64,000 nucleotides of DNA from Bacteroidota bacterium (GTDB taxonomy: Bacteria; Bacteroidota; Rhodothermia; Rhodothermales; Salinibacteraceae), in the NCBI GenBank assembly GCA_009908945.1, contig JAAAOI010000197.1, positions 891 through 64,890 on the forward strand, given 5' to 3'. The notes below the pieces were generated by a model. The model ran no database searches. It saw nothing but the letters and a program-made list of their open reading frames with translations, and was not told where the DNA came from. This document shows positions 17,308 to 25,588 of this stretch, piece after piece. The translations under genes were made by a program, and so were the position numbers. Each line of letters opens with the position of its first letter. Within the stretch, counting starts at the first letter, position 1.

Positions 17308-19104
17308 TTACAACCCCGCCGCCGTACCTTCCGACCGGGGGTCAGCAACGCCCTCGTAGACACACCCTTCACGCGCCAGCTCTGCAGCCCGCATGCCAGC
17401 ATCGTCCGCCAGCACATCGGTGGCGTCGCACACGACCATGATGCCCTGCGCCCGTCCCCAGCGTGTGGTACCACCCGACAGCGACCAGCCCTTGGCCTGG
17501 AGCGCCTCCCGGACATCTGGCGCCAGGCCCAGCCGCTCATACCGCAGCGCCTCTGGTTGCCATTGGTGATGCACCCGGGGCGCCGCGATAGCCTCCGACA
17601 ACTCCATGCCGTGATCGATCAGGTTCAGGATGACCTGAAATACCGTCGTAATGATGGTCGACCCTCCCGGCGAGCCAATCAGCAGGAGAAGCTTGCCTTC
17701 AGGGTCTTCCACGATGGTGGGCGTCATCGACGAGAGTGGACGCTTGCCCGGTGCAATGGCGTTGGCCTCCGAGCCAATCAGCCCAAACATGTCCGGCTCA
17801 CCCGGCTTGGCTGTAAAATCTGCCATTTCATTGTTGAGAAAAAAGCCAGCGCCGTCTACCGCCACCTTATTGCCGTACAGCGCATTGATAGTGGTGGTGA
17901 GGCTCACGGCCATGCCCTCGCGGTCGACGGCGCCGTAGTGGGTGGTTTCCGTCGATTCCCAGCCCGGCGGGACGCCCGCCTGTACCGAATCGCTGGGCGT
18001 GATGCGTTCAGGGTCGAAGGTCTGCATGCGCTCGCGGACATAAGCCGGGGCCATGAGGCCGGCCATCGGGATGTCTACGAAGTCGGGGTCTGCGGGATAC
18101 CTGGCGCGGTCAGCGTATGTGCGGCGCATGGCCTCGGCCATGAGGTGAACGGTGGCGCTCCCGCCAAACCCGAGAGCTGCCACGTCAAACGGCTCCACGG
18201 CAGCGAAAAGCTGCCCCAGCGCGAGGCCTCCGGAGGAAGGCGGGCCCATGCTGATGATGCGGTGACCGCGATACCGTGTCGTTACCGGAGCCCGTTCAAC
18301 AGGGGCGTAGGCTTGCAGGTCGTTATGCGAGATAAGGCCTCCCCCCCGCTCCATCTCCTCTACGATAAGCGCTGCCGTCTCGCCCCGGTAAAACCCATCT
18401 CGCCCCTCCGCACGAATGCGCCTGAGGACCTGTGCCAGGTCCTCCTGCACGAGGGTATCCCCGGCGGCCCAGGGCTCCTCTTTGGTGAAGTAGCGCGCGC
18501 TTCCGGGAAAGTTAAGAAAATCCGACCGGTACCGATTGAGCCGGTCGGCCTCCCGTGCGGATATGGAAAAGCCGTCCTGCGCCAGGTTGAGGGCGGGCGT
18601 TATCACCTCAGCTCGTGATAACCTGCCGAAGCGCTCATGCGCGTACAGTAGCCCTGCGACTGTGCCGGGCACGCCGGCGGCCAGATGGCCCAGGCGGCGG
18701 CGGTCCGTATCAATAGCGCCACCGGCGTCCAGGTATAGGTCTTCCGTTGCGCCGGAGGGCGCCTCCTCCCGATGGTCGATCGTGAGCGTCTCGCCGTCGG
18801 GCAGGCGGAGCACCATGAACCCACCGCCCCCGAGGTTACCCGCCATGGGGTGGGTTACGGCCAGGGCAAACCCGGTAGCAACGGCTGCATCTACCGCGTT
18901 GCCCCCAGCCGCAAGCATCTGCTGCCCGGCTGCCGTGGCGTGCCGCTCCGCCGACACCACCATGCCCTCTCCCGCTCGCACCGGATCGGGCACAGCCCCC
19001 ACCTGTGCCTGAGCCCCGTGGAGCGGAAAGACAAGCAGCAACAGAAGACCGAACAACGGTAGCGCAAGGTACTGCCGCGATGTTCTCATGGGAGAGCTCA
19101 GCAT
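17308..19104 (-). CDS. ggt: Gamma-glutamyltranspeptidase
   Basis: The 598-aa ORF has a signal peptide and 'GGGGFMV'. The autoprocessing site context is 'PLSSMTPTIV', and 'GSPGGSTIITTV' is also present. Confidence 0.95.
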   Translation of the reverse strand: MLSSPMRTSRQYLALPLFGLLLLLVFPLHGAQAQVGAVPDPVRAGEGMVVSAERHATAAGQQMLAAGGNAVDAAVATGFALAVTHPMAGNLGGGGFMVLRLPDGETLTIDHREEAPSGATEDLYLDAGGAIDTDRRRLGHLAAGVPGTVAGLLYAHERFGRLSRAEVITPALNLAQDGFSISAREADRLNRYRSDFLNFPGSARYFTKEEPWAAGDTLVQEDLAQVLRRIRAEGRDGFYRGETAALIVEEMERGGGLISHNDLQAYAPVERAPVTTRYRGHRIISMGPPSSGGLALGQLFAAVEPFDVAALGFGGSATVHLMAEAMRRTYADRARYPADPDFVDIPMAGLMAPAYVRERMQTFDPERITPSDSVQAGVPPGWESTETTHYGAVDREGMAVSLTTTINALYGNKVAVDGAGFFLNNEMADFTAKPGEPDMFGLIGSEANAIAPGKRPLSSMTPTIVEDPEGKLLLLIGSPGGSTIITTVFQVILNLIDHGMELSEAIAAPRVHHQWQPEALRYERLGLAPDVREALQAKGWSLSGGTTRWGRAQGIMVVCDATDVLADDAGMRAAELAREGCVYEGVADPRSEGTAAGL

Positions 19105-19474
19105 GATGGGTAGTTTTTACTTCTGACACGGATCAATTAGGGGTATCTTTACCTATAAAGCAAATAGTTACATTTAGCGCAGCGAGTGCGTGGTGTTTGG
19201 TACGTTCCACGTTTAATTTCTGCCCGTTTGCGCCGATACACGACGTAGCACGCAGCAAATGTAGCATGCTGCAACCCGCGGCTTCCTCTACAGGACAGCC
19301 GCAATCCCAACCCCTACCATCCAAAGCCTTACGCTTCTATGCGCTATCGTGTTGATCAGATGATCAAAGCGATGACGGTTGGAGCGGGCGTCGTTTCTTT
19401 GATCGTCCTCGCACTTTTCCAATTTATGTAGGCGCCGCAGGGCGCCATTCCGCTCCGCATATCTGATGGGTTAC

Positions 19475-19508
19475 CAGCCGGCCTCTCTCATGAGGGCGGC
19501 TGTTTTTT
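19475..19508 (+). terminator. Probable rho-independent terminator or attenuator upstream of the symporter gene
   Basis: CAGCCGGCC-(11-nt loop)-GGCGGCTG is followed by TTTTTT. It sits 44 nt after a 30-codon ORF and 75 nt before the symporter ATG. Confidence 0.5.
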
Positions 19509-19582
19509 GTAGGGTTCAGATTTTTGTATGCTGTCCGGCGGTCGCCGCATGCTCAATCTATCTACCCGCTGGTACGTCCGCT

Positions 19583-21430
19583 ATGACCTTCACGCTCCTC
19601 GACTGGCTACTGGTAGGCACGTACTTGGCCGTCGCTGCGGGGCTGGCACTGTATTTTACACGTCGTGCGGGGCAAGACACCACGGAGTTTTTCCTGGCCG
19701 GGCGGCAACTTCCGTGGTGGATTGCGGGGACGAGCATGGTGGCCACCACGTTTGCCGCAGATACGCCGCTGGCGGTTACAGAGTTGGTGGCTGAGAGCGG
19801 CATCGCCGGGAACTGGCTGTGGTGGAATATGGCGCTGGGCGCCATGCTGACGGTCTTTTTCTTTGCCCGCCTCTGGCGCCGTACGGGCATTCTGACGGAC
19901 GTGGAGTTCGTTGAGGTACGCTATGCCGGCCCAGCTGCGGCGTGGCTGCGCGGCATCAAGGCGCTGTATTTTGGCCTGCTGCTAAATGTCATCATCATTG
20001 GCTGGGTGTCCCTGGCCATGGAGACGGTGCTGCGCGTGCTGTTCCCAGAGCTCACAGTGTGGGGGCAAGCCGAGGTTACTGTGCTCGGCACCACGGTGAG
20101 CGCTGCCCTCGTCGTTGTGGGCGGGCTGGTGCTGCTGGTAGCGGCGTACTCCCTGCTTTCCGGTCTCTGGGGCGTAGCTGTGACGGATGTGCTGCAGTTC
20201 GTGATTGCCATGGTTGGTTCGGTGCTGCTGGCCTACTTTGTCCTCCGCGAGCCGGCGGTAGGTGGACTGGCGGGCCTCCGCGCTCAGCTCCCCGACGAGA
20301 CGTTCCACATGCTCCCCACGGTAGGCGCTGCTGCGGAGGGGGCCGCGGTACTCGCCCTCTCCACGGCCTCGTTCGTAGCGTACCTGGGCGTACAATGGTG
20401 GGCCAGCTGGTACCCCGGTAGCGAGCCGGGCGGCGGCGGCTATATTGCGCAACGCATGATGAGCGCGCGCGATGAGCAGCAGGCGGTCTTCTCCACGCTC
20501 TGGTTTACCATCGCCCACTACTGCGTCCGCCCCTGGCCATGGATCCTGGTGGCCCTGGCTGCCCTCATCCTGTACCCTGACCTTACCGACACCCGCGAGG
20601 GCTTCGTGCTGGCCATGCGCGACGTGCTGCCGGCGGGCATGCTGGGCCTGCTCTTCACGGCGTTTCTGGCGGCCTTCATGAGCACCGTCTCGACGCAGCT
20701 CAACTGGGGCGTCTCCTACCTGATGAACGACTTTTGGCGGCGGTTTGTGCAGCCGGAGGCCTCGGAGCGCTCCTACGTCCGCGTCTCCCGCATCCTGACG
20801 TTTGCCGTGGCTCTCATTAGCCTGGGCGTGACAGCTCATCTCGACACTATCAGCGGCGCGTGGGGGCTGATCCTGACGGCCTCTGCCGGGCTCGGGCTCG
20901 TGCTCATCCTGCGCTGGTACTGGTGGCGTATCAACGCATGGAGCGAGCTTGTGGCCACCGTCGCGCCTATCGCGCTGGTGGCCGTCGCACTGGTGCTCGG
21001 CCGGTTCGACGTCGCCGTGCCCGGCCTGCAGAGCCCCTTCCCTACCAATCTGTTTGCGGTGACCGGCTTCACGACGGCGCTGTGGCTGGCGGCCACATTC
21101 CTGACCCGGCCGACGCCCCGCCGCACGCTGGATGCCTTCTACCACCGAGCACGCCCGGGCGGGGCTGGATGGCGAACCGTGGCTCAGCGGCACCCCGACG
21201 TGGCGGCGGATACCGGGCTGGGCCGTCTCGCCCTCGACTGGCTGGCCGGGGTCGCGGTCGTCTACAGCGTGCTCTTCGGCATTGGCTACGGCCTCTTTGG
21301 GGACGTGCCCCGCCTGCTGCTTTGCCTCACAATCGCGGTCGTGGGCACGATCTTTCTGGTCTGGGACCTGCGCGATCCAGCGCGGGGCTTTCGCCAGGCG
21401 GCACCCGTCCGATCCGAAACGTCCTCGTGA
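19583..21430 (+). CDS. Sodium:solute symporter family (SSF) transporter
   Basis: An internal ATG of ORF 19466..21430 gives MTFTLLDWLLVGTYLAVAAGLALYF...TEFFLAGRQLPWW, an SSF-type N-terminus. The protein has about 13-14 TM helices. The substrate cannot be assigned. Confidence 0.85.
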   Translation: MTFTLLDWLLVGTYLAVAAGLALYFTRRAGQDTTEFFLAGRQLPWWIAGTSMVATTFAADTPLAVTELVAESGIAGNWLWWNMALGAMLTVFFFARLWRRTGILTDVEFVEVRYAGPAAAWLRGIKALYFGLLLNVIIIGWVSLAMETVLRVLFPELTVWGQAEVTVLGTTVSAALVVVGGLVLLVAAYSLLSGLWGVAVTDVLQFVIAMVGSVLLAYFVLREPAVGGLAGLRAQLPDETFHMLPTVGAAAEGAAVLALSTASFVAYLGVQWWASWYPGSEPGGGGYIAQRMMSARDEQQAVFSTLWFTIAHYCVRPWPWILVALAALILYPDLTDTREGFVLAMRDVLPAGMLGLLFTAFLAAFMSTVSTQLNWGVSYLMNDFWRRFVQPEASERSYVRVSRILTFAVALISLGVTAHLDTISGAWGLILTASAGLGLVLILRWYWWRINAWSELVATVAPIALVAVALVLGRFDVAVPGLQSPFPTNLFAVTGFTTALWLAATFLTRPTPRRTLDAFYHRARPGGAGWRTVAQRHPDVAADTGLGRLALDWLAGVAVVYSVLFGIGYGLFGDVPRLLLCLTIAVVGTIFLVWDLRDPARGFRQAAPVRSETSS

Positions 21431-21502
21431 GGTGTGGAACCCACCCGCTTCCCTGCGTTCCAAAGGCCGCATTTGGTCTTCCGACACAAGCTACGCTTTG
21501 GT

Positions 21503-21904
21503 ATGAGCGACCTCATCATGGTAGGCGACCGCGTCCTGATTCGTCCTGAGACGGGCGACCAGGAAACGGAATCCGGCCTGGTACTCCCCGCCTCTGTAAC
21601 CGAGAAGGAGAAAGTGCGCAGCGGGCGGGTGGTGCGGGTGGGCCCGGGCTACATCATGCCAAACCCGGAATATTCGGAGGGCGAGCCGTGGTCGCAGTCA
21701 TCGGGGGAGGCCGTGCGCTATCTCCCGCTTCAGGCCAAACCCGGGGATTTTGCGTTCTTTCTACGGAAGGAGGCGATCGAGCTCACGTTTGAGGGGGGCG
21801 TGTACCTGATCGTGCCCCACGGAGCCATTCTTTCGCTGGTGCGTCAGCATCCGGAGGACATGGTGGAGGGGCTGGACGATTTGGACGATCTGTTTGGCAA
21901 CTGA
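21503..21904 (+). CDS. GroES/Cpn10-like co-chaperonin family protein with an internal insertion
   Basis: An internal ATG of ORF 21434..21904 gives 'GDRVLIRPETGDQETESGLVLPASVTEKEKVRSGRVVRVGPG', which matches the GroES mobile-loop and beta-barrel pattern. A ~30-aa insertion and an acidic tail follow. No groEL is adjacent. Confidence 0.65.
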   Translation: MSDLIMVGDRVLIRPETGDQETESGLVLPASVTEKEKVRSGRVVRVGPGYIMPNPEYSEGEPWSQSSGEAVRYLPLQAKPGDFAFFLRKEAIELTFEGGVYLIVPHGAILSLVRQHPEDMVEGLDDLDDLFGN

Positions 21905-21921
21905 TCCAGGATACCGCCTCC

Positions 21922-23811
21922 TTAGGAGGGCCGGTGCTGCTGCCACCACGGCGCATCAGGGTCGGCGGTGGCCGAGACAGAGGCCGGGGCGGCCCCGCTT
22001 TTCTCGGATCCCTCTTCCGGGTGGGCAGCCTCGGGGGAAGGCGCCGTAGGCCGAGAGGGTTGCCCGCGCACAGACGGGGGAGGCGGCCCGAGGCGTAGTA
22101 AATGCCTCACGAAAGCGTGCCAGGGATACGCCCCCTGGGAGCGCAGGCGGTCTGTTACCTCTCCCCGGGCCTCCTGCTGCACCCTGCGCTTATCCTGTAG
22201 GCGCTGCACTTCTTCGTCCAGGTGAGCGACCCGCTTCTGAATCATCCGATCGAACCGCCGCCGCTCCGCCGGCGAGAGGGCGTCTGGGATGGCCTCTGCG
22301 TACTGTGCTTCGAGACTGCGGCGCCAGAGCATGAGGCGCGCCGCGCTTTCATCGCCCACATGATGGAGGCCGCGCAGCCGGTTCGGCGAGAGATCGTAGG
22401 CTGTTCGGATCCCGTCGGCTTTGAGGCGTACGATCACCTTGTGGCTGATACTTTCGATCCGCCGGGCCTCATCAATGAAGTGGTATTTCAGCTTATCGTA
22501 GAGCGCCTCATGTTGGCGCTCTGCCAGTTCGTCTGCGCGGCGCTCCGCGACGCTCGCGAGGATGTCCTCGCGTTGCTTTCGTAGCTGTGCGATCTCATCG
22601 CGGTAGGTGGCGAGCAGGCGGTCGAAGTAGGCCAGCTCCTGATGAAGGCGCCGGCGGCGTTTTTCGGACGGCAGTCGCCGGAAGGCGTAGCCCCCCCACC
22701 CGCCAAGGCCCACGAGCCCCAGAACAGCCAGCGCTACACCTGTCAGGGGCGTGACGGTCCAGGCGAGCCCGATGGCTCCGGCCACAACCGCAAGGGCGAC
22801 CGGCAGAAACCACGGCGCGGTGACGTTCCGCGTCGTGCGGCTCCGCGCCTCGCGCTCCAGCGTGTCCGAGAGGGTCCGCCGCGCGCGTCCCACGCCTGCA
22901 CGCAGCGCCGACCCGGTCTCTCCGGCCAGCACCTCCTGCAAGGGCGGCACGGCCTCTGGCTCCAGGTAACAGGCCGTGCGCAGCACGTCCGGCAGCGCAC
23001 CCAGCGTCTGGAGGTCCTCGAGTTCGTCCAGCAGGGCAGACCGGGATGGATCGTAGAAGTCGCTGGCCCGAAATAGCACGTTCTCGCCGGTGGTAAACCG
23101 CGGCCACAGCGAGGGCCGCTCGGCACACGCCAGCAGCGCGGTGTAGATGGCAAGCCCAGCGAAGTGGTCAAGATAAGGGCCGAAATCCTGCTCGCTGCGG
23201 TCGGGGTGCTGGTAGTTGCGGTGGCCTACCTCCGGACTCGTCCGTCCCTGAAGTGCCGGTACCCACATGGTATCGTAGTCGACGATGCGCAGCTGCAGCG
23301 CACCGTCTTGGCGTGACACCAGCACGTTGCCGTGTTGGAGGTCGCCATGCGCGACGTTGGCGGCCCGAAGCTCCTGGAGCATCGCGGCCCAGCGGCCGGC
23401 GAGCATCTGGAGCACCTCGGGGTCGTGGCGGTGGTCATTCACGAAGGCATAGAGCGAAGCGCCCGGCGCCCAGGCCATCTTCACGATCGGTAACACGTGT
23501 CCCTCAACCCGGATGCCCTGCGGCTGGTAGTCGAAGGGCAGGGTGTAGGGAAGACCGGCCTCTTGAAGGTGCGTGGCGATGGCCTGATAGCGCGTCCGCT
23601 GGTCCTCCACATCCGTGAGGAAGCATTTCACCGCCCAGCGCTGGCCGTCCCGGTGCATTGGGAAGACTGCAGCAAACGCCCCTGTGATGGCCCGGGGCAG
23701 CCCGAGCGTGTTTACCTCGGGCGCGGCCTGCTGCAGGTCCGTATCGACGAAGGCCACCTCCGGTACCTGTAGGGCTTCCTGGTAATCGCCGGGCGTGGGA
23801 TAGCGGTTCAT
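21922..23811 (-). CDS. Membrane-anchored Ser/Thr protein kinase-like protein (third gene of the vWA-PP2C-kinase triad)
   Basis: The ORF is 629 aa. It has the beta3 Lys context 'RWAVKCF', the catalytic loop 'AHGDLQHGNVLV' and the DFG-equivalent 'IVDYDTMWVP'. Two adjacent hydrophobic helices (PWFLPVALAVVAGAIGLAW and LTGVALAVLGLVGLGGWGGYAF, aa ~334-376) form a TM hairpin. Coiled-coil sequence follows, with a 'GIRTAYDL...LRGLHHVGDESAARLMLWR' HhH-like element and a Pro-rich tail. The start lies 3 nt after the PP2C stop. Confidence 0.8.
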   Translation of the reverse strand: MNRYPTPGDYQEALQVPEVAFVDTDLQQAAPEVNTLGLPRAITGAFAAVFPMHRDGQRWAVKCFLTDVEDQRTRYQAIATHLQEAGLPYTLPFDYQPQGIRVEGHVLPIVKMAWAPGASLYAFVNDHRHDPEVLQMLAGRWAAMLQELRAANVAHGDLQHGNVLVSRQDGALQLRIVDYDTMWVPALQGRTSPEVGHRNYQHPDRSEQDFGPYLDHFAGLAIYTALLACAERPSLWPRFTTGENVLFRASDFYDPSRSALLDELEDLQTLGALPDVLRTACYLEPEAVPPLQEVLAGETGSALRAGVGRARRTLSDTLEREARSRTTRNVTAPWFLPVALAVVAGAIGLAWTVTPLTGVALAVLGLVGLGGWGGYAFRRLPSEKRRRRLHQELAYFDRLLATYRDEIAQLRKQREDILASVAERRADELAERQHEALYDKLKYHFIDEARRIESISHKVIVRLKADGIRTAYDLSPNRLRGLHHVGDESAARLMLWRRSLEAQYAEAIPDALSPAERRRFDRMIQKRVAHLDEEVQRLQDKRRVQQEARGEVTDRLRSQGAYPWHAFVRHLLRLGPPPPSVRGQPSRPTAPSPEAAHPEEGSEKSGAAPASVSATADPDAPWWQQHRPS

Positions 23812-23814
23812 GGG

Positions 23815-24528
23815 TTACGCATCGGCTGAAAAAGAGAGCGTGAGGAGCGTACTGTCGTCGTTGCGGAGTTCCCCGTTCGCTTGTGCAGCGCGGAGGATGG
23901 CCTCGCGTTCTTCCGGGCGGGTGCGCGCAAGCGCGGCCGCTCGCTGAGGGCGGAGCAGGTAGGCCGCCACCGCATCCGTGGCCAGCCAGAGCTGATCGCC
24001 TGGCTTTGCCTGACCCGCTGTGGTCTGCACGTCGGGCATGGCGGCATCTGGCCGGCTCGACAGCAGGGCCGGATGATGCGTGAAAGCGGCAGGGTCAGCT
24101 ATCGGCCAGGCGCGATGCAGGGCGCCATCGTGCAGGTGCAACAGGCAGCAGTCGCCCACGGCATGAGCTGTGTAGGCGCCATCGGCGCGGAGGCTGCTTC
24201 CCAGGAAGGCCGCGTGGGCGCCCTCCTCTGCTTTGGCTGCGGCGTACCACGGTAAGGAGGCATCGGGCTGGGACATGCGAGCGGCCCATGCCGATCGGCA
24301 CGCACCCAGCCATGCCTCTCGGTCCGCCATGGCGTCCGCATGGTTGACATACGCTGTAGCGACCGTCCGGGCCCACGAGCCGGCAAACGCCGACTCGGTA
24401 GCGCCATCGGTGACCGCTGCACGCACGGGCCACCCCTGGGCGGCAAGCGCAGAGGCGTCCTCATACTCGTCCGCTGCGTGGCCCGCTTTGGGGAATGCGA
24501 TGATGTGTGAGGCAACCGTCACAGCCAT
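23815..24528 (-). CDS. PP2C-like protein phosphatase (second gene of the triad)
   Basis: The 237-aa ORF carries 'AGHAADEYEDA', 'AAVTDGATESAFAGSWAR', 'AVGDCCLLHL' and 'LATDAVAAYL'. These fit the bacterial PP2C_2-type metal-binding Asp pattern. Confidence 0.7.
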   Translation of the reverse strand: MAVTVASHIIAFPKAGHAADEYEDASALAAQGWPVRAAVTDGATESAFAGSWARTVATAYVNHADAMADREAWLGACRSAWAARMSQPDASLPWYAAAKAEEGAHAAFLGSSLRADGAYTAHAVGDCCLLHLHDGALHRAWPIADPAAFTHHPALLSSRPDAAMPDVQTTAGQAKPGDQLWLATDAVAAYLLRPQRAAALARTRPEEREAILRAAQANGELRNDDSTLLTLSFSADA

Positions 24529-24545
24529 CCAAAGAGGGTGAGAAG

Positions 24546-25409
24546 CTATCGCAGCGTGCTTGGGCGGGTGCCGATCTCCAGAAAGCGCACGAGCGCCACC
24601 GGGTCGGCATTAAACACAAATCCTCGGGTGTCGAGCGTTACGCGGTAGCCTTCCTGCTCGGCGGCCGCGCGCATCGAAAACGGGAGCGTGCTCGACATCT
24701 GATACAGCTGCCGGGCGTATTCGTCATCGGGCAGCTCGCCCATGGCATCGGGCAACTCAACAGCAGGCGCTTCCGATTCGGAGAGGTGAATGTTGAAGAG
24801 GAGCACGTCGCCATCGTCGGTAGCGAAGGAGCGGACCTGCTGCGCATACTGCAGCGGGTCGCCGTCGGTAGCCTCCCCGTCCGTCACATTGAGCACGATA
24901 GGCGGGTAGTTGTGCGGGTGGAGATCGATCCAGTCCCGCACCGTCTGTGCGGCTAAGTCCAGCGCCTGGCACATCGGCGTGCCGTTTTTGGCCTGCGGGT
25001 CGAACCAGATGGGGGTTTGCACACGGCGCTTCGTCACGCCGCCCGCCCCATCCGGCACCTCTTTGGTGCGCTGCTCCATGCGCAGCGGCTGCTCGGCCAG
25101 GTGGCTGATGGGGATGAGTACATCGGTAGCGCCCTGGTCGGGCGCTGGCCGCACGACGGGCTGCACGCGCTGTCCATACCCGATCACGCCGACATGGAAG
25201 TAGTTTCGCACCCCATCCTCCTTGGCGCAGCGCAGGATGAGATTTTGCAGCAGCTTGTTGACCGTATCGGCCAGCACCCGCGCCTTGCTTGGCGCGGCAT
25301 CGCCCTTTTGCTTGGCGCCTCCGAAGGCATCCTGCATGGAGGCCGACTGATCCAGCAGAAAAAGAAAGGCGGTGGGTGCGGTGCGGCTGATTTCGGCGCT
25401 GTAAGCCAT
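24546..25409 (-). CDS. von Willebrand factor type A (vWA) domain protein with an intact MIDAS motif (first gene of the triad)
   Basis: The 287-aa ORF has 'FLFLLDQSASMQD' (DxSxS), 'NVTDGEATDG' (T...D) and a Rossmann-like alternation of strands and helices. Its stop is 17 nt before the PP2C start. Confidence 0.85.
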   Translation of the reverse strand: MAYSAEISRTAPTAFLFLLDQSASMQDAFGGAKQKGDAAPSKARVLADTVNKLLQNLILRCAKEDGVRNYFHVGVIGYGQRVQPVVRPAPDQGATDVLIPISHLAEQPLRMEQRTKEVPDGAGGVTKRRVQTPIWFDPQAKNGTPMCQALDLAAQTVRDWIDLHPHNYPPIVLNVTDGEATDGDPLQYAQQVRSFATDDGDVLLFNIHLSESEAPAVELPDAMGELPDDEYARQLYQMSSTLPFSMRAAAEQEGYRVTLDTRGFVFNADPVALVRFLEIGTRPSTLR

Positions 25410-25588
25410 GCGGCACGGGAGTGGGATTGAGGAGAGGGCGACGAACTATTTCAAGCGGCTATACCGATGCCCCTGTCCGTGAGATTCCCTGCCCCTCCCC
25501 CGAAACGGGGGCTGCACAGAATGTTTACCGTGTTCTGCAAGCCCCGACGCAGCCCATGAGCGACCGCAACGGCAGGCATGGGTGGGGG

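Noticed and set aside
19133-19324. A 63-aa minus-strand ORF in the AT-richer ggt/symporter intergenic region.
   Set aside because: It has no RBS, a Cys/Gly-rich odd composition and no motif. It lies where the divergent promoters are expected. I kept only the plus-strand 30-codon mini-ORF as a low-confidence observation.
19982-21487. A 501-aa ORF antisense to the sodium:solute symporter gene.
   Set aside because: It is a typical GC-rich shadow ORF. The translation is Arg/Gly/Pro/His-rich with no domain-like pattern. The opposite strand encodes a clean multi-TM SSF transporter.
25497-25511. A tight GC hairpin (CCCCCG-AAA-CGGGGG) between TPR paralog 1 and the vWA gene, considered as a possible terminator separating the TPR genes from the triad.
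   Set aside because: No U-run follows it on the minus strand, and the stem is only 6 bp with a 3-nt loop. That is insufficient to call a terminator. I mention it only as something RNA-seq could resolve.
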